Below are positions 1-8,539 of a stretch of 64,000 bases of DNA, piece after piece. Source of the stretch: an uncultured Mycoplasmatota bacterium (GTDB lineage: Bacteria; Bacillota_I; Bacilli_A; RF39; UBA660); NCBI GenBank assembly GCA_900553835.1, contig USFF01000002.1, positions 6,756 to 70,755 of the forward strand, given 5' to 3'. The notes below the pieces were generated by a model. It was not told the DNA's origin, did not search any database, and was given only the letters and a program-made list of their open reading frames with translations. The first letter of the stretch is position 1. Each line of letters begins with the position of its first letter. Position numbers and translations under genes: made by a program.

Positions 1-795
1 CCATTCAGTATTCTTGTATCCTTCATAAATAGCAAGAGTATTTCCTCTTTCTATTTGTTCTTTAATTTGCTCTACTTGATTTACATATATATGAGCATCT
101 TTTATACTCCAACTTAAAGAGCCAACTTTACATCCCGCTACTCTTGCATACATATGCATTAGAGCTGCAAACTGAGTTACATTAAATGGAAGCCCTAGCG
201 GTACATCACAGCTTCTTTGATGAACATACATATTAAGTACACCATCAGTAATATCAACTTCATGACTCCATACACATGGTTTTAAAACACCTTTATCTAA
301 ATGATTATTGTACCATAAACTCATAACATTACTTCTGTCTTCTTTATGATTTTTAATAATGTCAAGTACTCTATCTACTCCTTTATATTTATTTACTATA
401 AAGCCATATGCTTCTCCAATTGTACCTTTATACTCTTCTCCAAAAAATTTATGTACTTCCTGAACAGAAGTATTTCCATCTTTATCCTTTACCTTTTGTT
501 TAGCATTCCAGTATCCATCTTCATCGATTTTCCATTCATCCCAAATAGATACTTTTCTGTCTTGTAACCAATTAACATCATTACTTCCTACTTGATATAT
601 CCATAAAAGTTCAAGAAAAGCTTGTCTACTAAATAATTTTTTAGTAGTTAAAATTGGAAACTCTTCGCTAATATCAAGAACAAAATTATAACTTGGTATT
701 TTAATTGTGTTATTTATTGTTCTATTTTCTACTTCCTTACCCTCTTCTAATATCTTTTTACAAAGTTTTAAATATTCTTTATCCCACTTTAACAC
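1..795 (-). CDS. thyA: Thymidylate synthase, N-terminal ~265 codons (3' end lies beyond the left window edge)
   Basis: Not in the ORF track because it is open at the edge. Manual translation from GTG at 793-795 gives VLKWDKEYLKLCKKILEEGKEV...MYVHQRSCDVPLGLPFNVTQFAALMHMYA, the ThyA catalytic-Cys region. GGAGG lies just upstream. Confidence 0.9.
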   Translation of the reverse strand, partial: MLKWDKEYLKLCKKILEEGKEVENRTINNTIKIPSYNFVLDISEEFPILTTKKLFSRQAFLELLWIYQVGSNDVNWLQDRKVSIWDEWKIDEDGYWNAKQKVKDKDGNTSVQEVHKFFGEEYKGTIGEAYGFIVNKYKGVDRVLDIIKNHKEDRSNVMSLWYNNHLDKGVLKPCVWSHEVDITDGVLNMYVHQRSCDVPLGLPFNVTQFAALMHMYARVAGCKVGSLSWSIKDAHIYVNQVEQIKEQIERGNTLAIYEGYKNTEW

Positions 796-859
796 TTCTA
801 TTACCTCCTATTTAAGAATAGCATCTAATTTAAATAAAATCAATCTTAAATTATAAATA

Positions 860-888
860 TTGATTTTTAGTGTTTTTTTTGGTACAAT
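860..888 (+). promoter_or_regulatory. sigma-A type promoter for def
   Basis: TTGATT (860-865), 17-nt spacer, TACAAT (883-888) with TG extension (TGGTACAAT), about 25 nt before the def start. Confidence 0.5.
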
Positions 889-912
889 ACTTGATGAAAA
901 AAGAGGTGCACT

Positions 913-1461
913 ATGTTAAAAAATAATCAAATACTAGACGAAAAAGAAAAAATACTACATGAAAAATCAAAAGAAGTAGTTTTTCCACTAGATAAAGAAG
1001 ATAAAAAACTTATTAATGAAGCATATGAATATTTAAGAAATAGTCAAGATGAAGAACTAGCTGAGAAGTATAATTTAAGACCTGGAATGGGACTTGCTTT
1101 TGTACAACTTGGTAAGTTAAAAAGAATATTTATAATTTCATATAAAGAAGAAGATGGCAGTTTTACTGAGTATACTGTAATAAATCCTAAAGTAATTAGT
1201 TATTCAAATGAACTAGTTTATGTAGAAGAAGGTGAAGGCTGTTTAAGTGTTAATAGAGAAGTAGAAGGAATAGTACCAAGACATGCTAGAATAACAGTTG
1301 GATACTATAATGAAGAAGGAAAATATAAGGAAGAAAGAGTAAGAGAAGAAATGGCAGTAGCATTCCAGCATGAAATGGATCATTTAGATGGAATTATGTT
1401 TACAGATAGAATTGATAAAACAAATCCATTTAAAAACAAAGAAAAAATGAGAAGTATTTAA
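913..1461 (+). CDS. def: Peptide deformylase
   Basis: The three PDF motifs are present: GMGLAFVQLG, EGCLSV, HEMDHLDG. Confidence 0.93.
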   Translation: MLKNNQILDEKEKILHEKSKEVVFPLDKEDKKLINEAYEYLRNSQDEELAEKYNLRPGMGLAFVQLGKLKRIFIISYKEEDGSFTEYTVINPKVISYSNELVYVEEGEGCLSVNREVEGIVPRHARITVGYYNEEGKYKEERVREEMAVAFQHEMDHLDGIMFTDRIDKTNPFKNKEKMRSI

Positions 1462-1522
1462 TTCTTCTCTTTTCTTTTTAACAAAAATAATATATAATAT
1501 TTATAGAATAAAGGGTGATAAT

Positions 1523-1966
1523 ATGAATAATAAGTTTAGAATAATATTTTGGAGTTTTATATTTGTACTAGTTTTAGCCTCTGGTATATTTGGAATAAGT
1601 TATAATAAAATTATTTATGAAAACAAAAAAAATATGTTAGAAGAAATAGTAACGACATTTAATAGTAGTGAGACAGTATCTAGGTACAAAGAATATAATA
1701 TTGATATGAAAGCTACTTTAGAAAATAGAACAATAGTTGTTAAAGTAACTGGTACAAGTGAATATACTTATAATTTTAAATTTAAAAACACTTATCTAGA
1801 ACTTACTACTACTTTAGAAGATATTTATAAAGAAAGCATAGTTAAAGAAGTATTAAACTCTATTTATTTATATAACAAAAATGATAGTAAAGTAGATTTA
1901 AATAATAAAGAAGTTACAACAACTAGTAAGCAAAACACTATTACTTATAAAATATCATTAAAATAA
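1523..1966 (+). CDS. Hypothetical protein with N-terminal TM/signal anchor
   Basis: Hydrophobic N-terminus FRIIFWSFIFVLVLASGIFGI. No recognisable family. Confidence 0.55.
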   Translation: MNNKFRIIFWSFIFVLVLASGIFGISYNKIIYENKKNMLEEIVTTFNSSETVSRYKEYNIDMKATLENRTIVVKVTGTSEYTYNFKFKNTYLELTTTLEDIYKESIVKEVLNSIYLYNKNDSKVDLNNKEVTTTSKQNTITYKISLK

Positions 1967-1968
1967 AA

Positions 1969-1990
1969 AATAACACGCTAGGTGTTATTT
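1969..1990. terminator. Bidirectional hairpin between convergent genes
   Basis: AATAACAC-GCTAG-GTGTTATT flanked by A/T runs. It overlaps the stop of the minus-strand gene. Confidence 0.6.
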
Positions 1991-2590
1991 TAATTTTAAA
2001 GTGCTTGTTTCATTTTCTTCTTGAATTCTTTTAATTGCTCTTTTAAGTTCATAATCGTACATAAAAAGTGTTCTTGAAGTAGTCTTATGTTCACTTAGCA
2101 ATTTTTTTCTTTTATCAGGCACTAAATTTAAGGCATTATCTACATCAATCTTCTTAATCTTGTAATTATTTTTTTCAGCAATAGCATTTAATAATTGAAT
2201 AGATAAACCATTTCTTTTCATTTCGTATGATAAATAATTACTATGTTTAAAAATAATTTCTTTTAATAAACCACATTTTGCAAATACTCCAAGTTTCACT
2301 TTAAAATCATCAAGCTCAGCTAAATATATTCTACCATTTCTAGATAAAAATAAATCTACTTCTTCATCTTCGTAACCAAATACCTTTAAAAGTTTAATAA
2401 CATACCCTAAAGTACTATAAACTTCACCAGTATTTACAGATGAGTTAGCAAAATAAAATCTAGTAATTCTATTAATAGCTAATCTATCAAGTCCAAACTC
2501 CTCTTTAATTTTAACACACTCATTGGTGATTTCTTCTGCCCTTTCCCTTGTAATAGTGCTTCTTGCCCATGTACCATTATTTTGCATCAT
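1985..2590 (-). CDS. Hypothetical protein (helical repeat-like), adjacent to the tmRNA 3' flank
   Basis: 201-aa ORF with an SD (GGGGGTAATTGAT-ATG). No family recognised by eye. Confidence 0.55.
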   Translation of the reverse strand: MMQNNGTWARSTITRERAEEITNECVKIKEEFGLDRLAINRITRFYFANSSVNTGEVYSTLGYVIKLLKVFGYEDEEVDLFLSRNGRIYLAELDDFKVKLGVFAKCGLLKEIIFKHSNYLSYEMKRNGLSIQLLNAIAEKNNYKIKKIDVDNALNLVPDKRKKLLSEHKTTSRTLFMYDYELKRAIKRIQEENETSTLKLK

Positions 2591-2723
2591 ATCAATTACC
2601 CCCTTAAGTAATTAAAATTATACCATATTAAATACAAAATGTCAACTATTTGTAGTTTAATAAATACATTTTAATTATCATGTTAAAAGTAAAAGAATTA
2701 CTACATGGTTTTTATATATAATT

Positions 2724-2816
2724 TTAAACGATTATCTTACCTTTTCTTTCCATTCTTTTTCTTCGTAAAAACAGTATTTTCTCTACAATTCCTTGAAACC
2801 AATATATTATTTTCAT
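2724..2816 (-). CDS. Candidate 30-aa small ORF (MKIIYWFQGIVEKILFLRRKRMERKGKIIV)
   Basis: GGAGG lies 7 nt upstream of the ATG at 2816. Below the ORF-track size cutoff, with a basic C-terminal tail. There is no other support. Confidence 0.25.
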   Translation of the reverse strand: MKIIYWFQGIVEKILFLRRKRMERKGKIIV

Positions 2817-2845
2817 TTTAGAACCTCCACAAAAATCTTATATTT

Positions 2846-2871
2846 AATAAAAAGTCCTATTTTTAGGACTT
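2846..2871 (-). terminator. Intrinsic terminator after tmRNA
   Basis: Minus strand reads AAGTCCT-AAAAAT-AGGACTT followed by TTTTTATT. Confidence 0.7.
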
Positions 2872-2882
2872 ATAATCATTAT

Positions 2883-3237
2883 TGGTGGAGCTGACGAAGA
2901 GCGACTTCGTGTCCAAAGTATCAACCATACAGACGTGTACAAGTTTAGTTGGTTTATTATTTCAAAAAATATTATGGAGAGCCAACGTTCCTATATTTTT
3001 CTAAGTTTAGTAATAGTTCATTATATAACCTAAACAATTACATAGTATAGTTCACTTTTATAAGTCCAGACATTACCCTCGTGAACAAAGAATAAGCTGA
3101 ACCACTTACTTTTCCTAATTAGGCAAAAGCAGGTGCAAAATGATCAATATCGTTTCCGATTATTTTTTGTTGCGTTTATAGTACGCCTACTACTTGCATC
3201 CATACGTACAACTACTCTGTCGAATCAAAACAGCCCC
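2883..3237 (-). ncRNA. ssrA: tmRNA (SsrA)
   Basis: Minus strand starts GGGGCTGTTTTGATTCGACAG and ends GGACACGAAGTCGCTCTTCGTCAGCTCCACCA, a tRNA-like acceptor/T-arm plus CCA. The internal tag frame ends ...GGA AAC GAT ATT GAT CAT TTT GCA CCT GCT TTT GCC TAA (GNDIDHFAPAFA*). The segment is GC-rich in an AT-rich background. Confidence 0.92.
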
Positions 3238-3251
3238 ATAGTACGTTTATA

Positions 3252-3280
3252 ATTTTAGCAAAAAGTTCTAATTATGTCAA
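3252..3280 (-). promoter_or_regulatory. Promoter for ssrA
   Basis: Minus strand has TTGACA (3280-3275), 17-nt spacer, TAAAAT (3257-3252), about 14 nt before the mature 5' end. Confidence 0.6.
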
Positions 3281-3306
3281 TAATTTTGAACCAAATTTTG
3301 TACTAT

Positions 3307-4512
3307 TTATTTATTAATTTTAATAGAATTTACTACTTGTTTATAGTTTTCTTCAAATAAATCTTCATCACTTTCATCATATATTAACTCAGTTAAATAA
3401 GCTTTATTTTCATCTAGAAGCAAATAAATATAAGTTTTTTTATCAGTATTTTCTATATAACTACCCATTATTAAAGAGCCCTTAATACTATCTATTTCAC
3501 ATTCTTCTACTAAACTTACATTAACTGCTTCTTTAAGAAATTCTAAATATGTACTTTTAAAATCACTTTTTAACTCATCACTTGATAAATCAACTGTAAA
3601 TTCTTCTAACATAACTGCTTCAAGTCCGGTTAAATAACTTTCAGAAAACCCATCAAAATATCCTAGTTCATCATCACTGTTTTTCTTGTCAAACTCAAAA
3701 TAGTCTGGTAAAGATATAGAAATATTATTATATTTATAAGTTTTATAATTAACTTCATCACTATAAGATAATAGGATAAGTATAAATGCTACAAAAATAG
3801 CTAATAAAGTAATTAATCCATTTCTAACTTTATTTTTAATACGTGTTTTTTTAGCATTACTTTCTTTTCTTTCTTCATTATTTATACTTTCTTTGTCAAA
3901 GTAAGTTTTACTTCCTTTAGTTAGAACTATTCCTTCTTTAATCATTTCTTTTAAAAACATATAGTTATTATTAACTTTAAAAGTACTAAGCACTACAGCG
4001 TTTGGAACAGCATTCTTCTTATCAAGAGCATTATAATCAGTGTATATTTTTTCTAATCTTTTTAATTTGTCTTCATATGAAATTTCATCTTTATCACTTA
4101 CATTATAAGCTTCTTTATTTATATTAGAAATTACCCCACCTATACCTAAGAATGTAAATATAACTGATACAACATAATCACCTATAATTGCTTTTACAAA
4201 GCCATTATTTTGATAAAGATTAACTACACTATTTAAATTATGTCCTTCCCTTAAAACAAGCCATGAAGGTATAATTACAAAAGTTAAAAGTGATACAACC
4301 ACAAAAGAAATAATGCCTATTATAAGTGAAGTCTTTTTAGTTACTTTTGCTTTTGATTTTTTATAAAATAAATATGCTCCAAAAGCTATCAATGTCGCAA
4401 GTAAACTCATAATGTATCCTGCATAAATATAAACTAAAGCCCATGGAAGTCCAAATATAAGTCCTCCAATAAAGGCAGCAATTACTCCTTTTAAATAATT
4501 ATTTTTTTCCAT
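3307..4512 (-). CDS. Multi-pass membrane protein with C-terminal soluble domain (hypothetical)
   Basis: Several hydrophobic segments (GVIAAFIGGLIFGLPWALVYIYAGYIMSLLATLIAFGAYLF and others). No family recognised. Confidence 0.6.
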   Translation of the reverse strand: MEKNNYLKGVIAAFIGGLIFGLPWALVYIYAGYIMSLLATLIAFGAYLFYKKSKAKVTKKTSLIIGIISFVVVSLLTFVIIPSWLVLREGHNLNSVVNLYQNNGFVKAIIGDYVVSVIFTFLGIGGVISNINKEAYNVSDKDEISYEDKLKRLEKIYTDYNALDKKNAVPNAVVLSTFKVNNNYMFLKEMIKEGIVLTKGSKTYFDKESINNEERKESNAKKTRIKNKVRNGLITLLAIFVAFILILLSYSDEVNYKTYKYNNISISLPDYFEFDKKNSDDELGYFDGFSESYLTGLEAVMLEEFTVDLSSDELKSDFKSTYLEFLKEAVNVSLVEECEIDSIKGSLIMGSYIENTDKKTYIYLLLDENKAYLTELIYDESDEDLFEENYKQVVNSIKINK

Positions 4513-4513
4513 A

Positions 4514-4957
4514 CTACCTACCTCTTCCTTTTACTTCTTCTTCACTATAACTCTTATAAAGATTATCTAGCATCTTAGAAAAATATTCTCTTTCATGATA
4601 TTTATTTTTAAATTCGTTTTCAGTTATAACTATTTTAGCTAAAAATTCTTTATACTCTTTATCTTTTAAAAACTCTTTATATTTGTTAAATATACAAGAC
4701 TTTAATCTTTCAATTTCTCCTAAACAAGCTTTAATACCTGCTTCAGAGTCATCTTCACTAGTTAAAAAGTTATATATCTTTTTATAACAAGTTTTTAATT
4801 TTTTATTAATTATTTTTAAAGCATACTTATTTTTAATCTCTTCACTAACTAAAGTAACTTTACCTTTCTTTGACTTAACTAGTAACCCACTAGTGCTGGT
4901 CATTCTTTTAAATTTTCCTTTATCTTTATTTTTCTTTAACTTATACATAAAACCCAC
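4514..4957 (-). CDS. Hypothetical basic/coiled-coil protein
   Basis: 147-aa lysine-rich ORF tightly packed between trmD and the membrane protein. Confidence 0.5.
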   Translation of the reverse strand: MGFMYKLKKNKDKGKFKRMTSTSGLLVKSKKGKVTLVSEEIKNKYALKIINKKLKTCYKKIYNFLTSEDDSEAGIKACLGEIERLKSCIFNKYKEFLKDKEYKEFLAKIVITENEFKNKYHEREYFSKMLDNLYKSYSEEEVKGRGR

Positions 4958-5620
4958 CTACTTCATTAAATCTGGTCTTTTTTCTTTTGTAACCCTTATT
5001 CTTTCATTATATCTATATTCTTCTATTTTCTTGTGGTCTCCACTTAAAAGGACTTCTGGAACAGCCATTCCTCTATATATACTTGGTTTAGTATACACTG
5101 GATAATCTAGCAAATTATCTGTAAAACTTTCACTTTTTAAGCTTTCTTCATTAATAACACCTGGCACGAGTCTTGTAACTGAGTCAACTACGGCCATTGC
5201 AGCAATCTCTCCTCCAGTTAAAACATAGTCACCAATACTTATTTCTTCATCAATTAAAGTTTTAATTCTCTCATCAAAACCTTCATAATGTCCACATAAA
5301 ATTATCAAATGTTTATGTTTACTTAAAAGATAAGCTTTCTCTTCATTATAAACTTTACCACTAGGAGTTAACATTATAGTAAGAGAGTCAGTATCCTTAA
5401 CACTTTCTATGGCCTTAAAAACTGGATCACACATAAGAACCATTCCCGATCCCCCGCCGTAAGGAGTATCATCAACTTGATTATTATTTAAAGTACTAAA
5501 GTCTCTTATATTAATAAGATTAATTTCTACTTTTCCATCTTTAATAGCTCGCGCGATTATGCTCTCTTCTATAATAGGTTTAAACATATCCGGAAAAAGG
5601 GTTAATATATCTATTTTCAT
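4958..5620 (-). CDS. trmD: tRNA (guanine37-N1)-methyltransferase
   Basis: MKIDILTLFPDMF..., GGGSGMVL, LICGHYEGFDER-like motif (ILCGHYEGFDERI). Classic rimM-trmD pairing. Confidence 0.93.
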   Translation of the reverse strand: MKIDILTLFPDMFKPIIEESIIARAIKDGKVEINLINIRDFSTLNNNQVDDTPYGGGSGMVLMCDPVFKAIESVKDTDSLTIMLTPSGKVYNEEKAYLLSKHKHLIILCGHYEGFDERIKTLIDEEISIGDYVLTGGEIAAMAVVDSVTRLVPGVINEESLKSESFTDNLLDYPVYTKPSIYRGMAVPEVLLSGDHKKIEEYRYNERIRVTKEKRPDLMK

Positions 5621-6090
5621 AATAAACCATCAACTCCTTTAAATATTATCTTTTTATTTTTTATATCTACATTTTCAATAAATTCTTTATTAAATGGAAT
5701 GTATTTACCACTTACATAAAATAACTTATAACCATTATTTACTATAATGTCATTTATCTTTCCAATAAATTTATCATTATAGTATCCATCAAGTCCAATA
5801 TAATCACTAAATAATAAATCATCTTTTTTTAAATCAAGTTCTTCTTTATCCATATAAACTTTCTTACCTTTGAATTTTAACACATCATTAATATAATCAT
5901 ACTCTTTGAATGTTACCATATCAAAAATCTTATGATGCCTATAAGAATTAATAGTAACTTTTTCGTTATCTATGTAAAAGTGTTTACCCTTAACAAAAGC
6001 CTTATCTTTATATTCAAAATTACTTATTATCTTAACTTCGCCTTTTAAAGCATGAGTATTAACTAGTTTACCTATATACACGTATTCCAT
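5617..6090 (-). CDS. rimM: 16S rRNA processing protein RimM
   Basis: N-terminal IGKLVNTHALKGEVKI motif. It overlaps trmD by 4 nt. Confidence 0.85.
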   Translation of the reverse strand: MEYVYIGKLVNTHALKGEVKIISNFEYKDKAFVKGKHFYIDNEKVTINSYRHHKIFDMVTFKEYDYINDVLKFKGKKVYMDKEELDLKKDDLLFSDYIGLDGYYNDKFIGKINDIIVNNGYKLFYVSGKYIPFNKEFIENVDIKNKKIIFKGVDGLL

Positions 6091-6094
6091 AATA

Positions 6095-6811
6095 TCACCT
6101 AAACTTATACATTATTATACCACCAGTTACAGCAACATTCAAACTTTCACACTTATTATTCATAGGAATATTTATACTATCATCACACATTTCTTTTACA
6201 AAAGAACTTACCCCTTTGCCTTCGCTACCAAGCACCAGTGCATAGCTATTAATGCTAGCTTCATCTAAATTAATATTGCCAAACATATCTGCATAATAAA
6301 TTTTTATACCTTTACTTTTAATTAAATTAATTGCGTCTTTTAAATCAAGAGTAACTATATTCATATTAAATATAGTTCCTTCAGTACTTCTAATTAATTT
6401 ATCGTTATATACGTTTACACTTTTAGGACTTAAAACTACAGTAGAAACATTAAATGCAAGCGCACTTCTTATAATAGTACCAACATTTCCTGGATCACCT
6501 ACATCATCAAGTAAAACTATTTTTTCTCCTTTAATTTCACTACCAAAATTCAGTTTAACTACTCCCATTATACTTGGAGTACTCTTAAGTAAACTAATTT
6601 TTTCTAAGCATCTTTTACTAACTAAAGTAGTTTTTACGTTGAATTTAGTATTTTCTTCACATGTAATAACTTCTAAAAGATTATTACTTTTATAAGCTTC
6701 TTCTACTAAATGTTCTCCCTCCACTATAAATTTATTTTCTTCTTTAATAAATTTACTATCTCTTAACTTCTTAAAATAAACTATTTTTTCATTATTTACA
6801 CTCTCTATCAT
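6095..6811 (-). CDS. TrmH/SpoU-family RNA 2'-O-methyltransferase
   Basis: SpoU motifs: DDVGDPGNVGTIIRSA, LVLGSEGKGVS, ESLNVAVTGGIIMY. Confidence 0.85.
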   Translation of the reverse strand: MIESVNNEKIVYFKKLRDSKFIKEENKFIVEGEHLVEEAYKSNNLLEVITCEENTKFNVKTTLVSKRCLEKISLLKSTPSIMGVVKLNFGSEIKGEKIVLLDDVGDPGNVGTIIRSALAFNVSTVVLSPKSVNVYNDKLIRSTEGTIFNMNIVTLDLKDAINLIKSKGIKIYYADMFGNINLDEASINSYALVLGSEGKGVSSFVKEMCDDSINIPMNNKCESLNVAVTGGIIMYKFR

Positions 6812-6813
6812 TA

Positions 6814-7452
6814 TTACTCCTCATTTAAATGTTTTTTATTTTTTATATAATCAGGTTTATAATATTTTACTAATTTCCAAAATTCTTTACTATGATCAAA
6901 ATGAATAAAATGTACAAGTTCATGAATAATTACATAATCAATATCATCTATATCATGTTTAATTAGTTCTTTATTTAAAGTAATTAAACCTTTACTTTTA
7001 TTGCAGTAGCCCCATTTCCTAGTCATCTTTCTTATATTCACTTTTGGATAATCTATAGGTATATTAATTTTTTCATATACATGTTTAACTCTTTTCTCTA
7101 AAACTTCTTTACTCATTTTATCTAAAAACTTATCTAAATCACTTTCTTTATTAACATAAATATAATCTTCACATATCTTTGGAAACTTAACCGCATTAGT
7201 TATAACCGCGTTATATTCCTTACCTAGGTAATAAAACTTATGAGATTTTTCTACTCTTTTTTTCATTTTTAAATACATCTTAGTAATATAATCCATATTA
7301 CTATTAATTAACTCTTTAATATATCCATCTGTAACAAAATAATTAGTAGTAACATAAATATTTAAATCCGGTTTAACTCTTATATAGGTATTCCTATTAC
7401 TTTTCCTAACTATAATAACATCAACTAGTTCTCCATCAATTAATACTTTCAT
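6814..7452 (-). CDS. YgjP-like (DUF45/M48-type) metal-dependent hydrolase
   Basis: HExxH in IIHELVHFIHFDHSKEFW, and the typical length. Confidence 0.75.
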   Translation of the reverse strand: MKVLIDGELVDVIIVRKSNRNTYIRVKPDLNIYVTTNYFVTDGYIKELINSNMDYITKMYLKMKKRVEKSHKFYYLGKEYNAVITNAVKFPKICEDYIYVNKESDLDKFLDKMSKEVLEKRVKHVYEKINIPIDYPKVNIRKMTRKWGYCNKSKGLITLNKELIKHDIDDIDYVIIHELVHFIHFDHSKEFWKLVKYYKPDYIKNKKHLNEE

Positions 7453-7509
7453 GACTTAAGTATAACATATAAACAAATAAAAATCTATTACAAATAGTAA
7501 CAGATTTCT

Positions 7510-7929
7510 CTAATCAAGAGTATAAGTTTTTTCATTTCCTAATCGTTTGACAAAGTACATTAAGTCATCATGAGTAAGTTCTCCTTCAAACTTAAGTCTA
7601 TTACTTCTTAGATAATTTAGATGCCTAATAACTTTATCATAAGTTTTATAGTCTTTAAAGTATTCATAAATAGTATCTAAAAGTTCTTTTAAAAGATAAA
7701 AGTTAGGTTTATGCATGCTACTAAAAAACTTTGAAAAATAAGGACCAGAACTACAATAAGAATATATATTAAGTATTCCATCTAAATTAATATATTTAAA
7801 GTTAAGTTCTTTTTTATCTACATATACATATTTACCGGTACTTACATTATAAAATTTATAAAATGCAGTATATTCTTTCCTCTTACTTAAAGAATAACCT
7901 CTTTCAATTAAAACAATAATATCTTTCAT
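7510..7929 (-). CDS. Hypothetical protein
   Basis: 139-aa ORF downstream of the XRE regulator. No family recognised. Confidence 0.5.
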   Translation of the reverse strand: MKDIIVLIERGYSLSKRKEYTAFYKFYNVSTGKYVYVDKKELNFKYINLDGILNIYSYCSSGPYFSKFFSSMHKPNFYLLKELLDTIYEYFKDYKTYDKVIRHLNYLRSNRLKFEGELTHDDLMYFVKRLGNEKTYTLD

Positions 7930-7964
7930 TTTTAACCACCCTTAAATAAAGTATACCATATTTG

Positions 7965-7992
7965 TTAAAAATAAAAAAGCACTTCCGTGCTT
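7965..7992 (-). terminator. Intrinsic terminator after the XRE gene
   Basis: Minus strand reads AAGCAC-GGAA-GTGCTT followed by TTTTATTTTT. Confidence 0.65.
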
Positions 7993-8302
7993 ATTTAACG
8001 GCTTCTTTTTCCTTTTTTTCTTCTTTAACTTTAGGAAGTGGTACTACACCAAGAGTATAACCAATTGGTTCTAAAAGTCTAATAAGAGTATTTATTTGAG
8101 GACTATTTAAATTATTCTCAATTTTAGCAACAGTTTCTCTGATAATACCAGCACGTTCACCCACTACTCTTTGACTTAAATGCTGACTTTTTCTAGCAAC
8201 AACAACTTGACGTATTACTTCCCTTTCAAGCTCGTTTAATTTTTCATCCCTTTTTATTTCTTCTTCGCTTTTAACGATATTTTCTTTCTTTGGTCTTCCC
8301 AT
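7991..8302 (-). CDS. XRE-family helix-turn-helix transcriptional regulator
   Basis: HTH_3-like LSQRVVGERAGIIRETVAKIENNLNSPQINTLIRLL. I place the start at MGRPKK (8302) because a consensus promoter and SD occupy 8303-8386 of the longer track ORF. Confidence 0.8.
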   Translation of the reverse strand: MGRPKKENIVKSEEEIKRDEKLNELEREVIRQVVVARKSQHLSQRVVGERAGIIRETVAKIENNLNSPQINTLIRLLEPIGYTLGVVPLPKVKEEKKEKEAVK

Positions 8303-8321
8303 TTTTCCTTCACCGATTACT

Positions 8322-8349
8322 ATTGTACCAAAAAATTGTACAATGTCAA
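8322..8349 (-). promoter_or_regulatory. Consensus sigma-A promoter of the XRE gene with embedded palindrome
   Basis: Minus strand has TTGACA (8349-8344), 16-nt spacer, TACAAT (8327-8322) with TGG extension. The spacer contains TTGTACAA and a GTACAAT direct repeat. Confidence 0.65.
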
Positions 8350-8453
8350 CCTTTTTTATTAAATTTTTATACTTTATTTTATACAAAAGACTGCATAAAG
8401 AGGAATTGACTTAATATTATTAACAAAAACCTATAATTTCAAGGGTTTACAAA

Positions 8454-8514
8454 GAAATTTCACAAAAATCGGACGACTTTTTCTTGAAATTTCACAAAAA
8501 TCGGACGACTTTTT
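8454..8514. repeat. Perfect 29-bp direct repeat x2 (GAAATTTCACAAAAATCGGACGACTTTTT), 32-bp period
   Basis: Copies at 8454-8482 and 8486-8514 are identical, and intergenic between iscU and the XRE gene. Confidence 0.9.
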
Positions 8515-8539
8515 GAAAAAATTAATTAAATTTTGAAGT

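Noticed and set aside
346-567. Plus-strand ORFs from the track that lie antisense inside well-supported minus-strand genes. They are 346-567, 4893-5105, 9361-9606, 14206-14394, 15078-15269, 16891-17136, 17313-17495, 17726-17944, 19179-19442, 25046-25243, 27172-27363, 30120-30395, 31749-31982, 33524-33745, 35286-35639, 36042-36542, 47830-48012, 49687-50049, 51042-51542, 52065-52283, 54203-54385, 56032-56217, 59263-59454, 60659-60976, 62331-62579 and 63167-63376.
   Set aside because: They are shadow ORFs. Their low-complexity Leu/Ser/Phe/Ile-rich translations are typical of the antisense strand of AT-rich genes. They have no SD and each overlaps a gene with clear family motifs.
3218-3224. TGTCGAA (a perfect 0A box) within 3218-3224.
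   Set aside because: It is part of the universally conserved 5' GATTCGACAG segment of tmRNA read on the other strand. It is not a regulatory site.
8303-8386. N-terminal extensions in track ORFs: 8303-8386, 8963-8995, 20179-20208, 42076-42123, 50349-50393, 55813-55848 and 13406-13414.
   Set aside because: The extensions cover promoters or SD sequences, or overlap the upstream gene. Internal starts with good SDs give proteins that begin at the conserved family N-termini.
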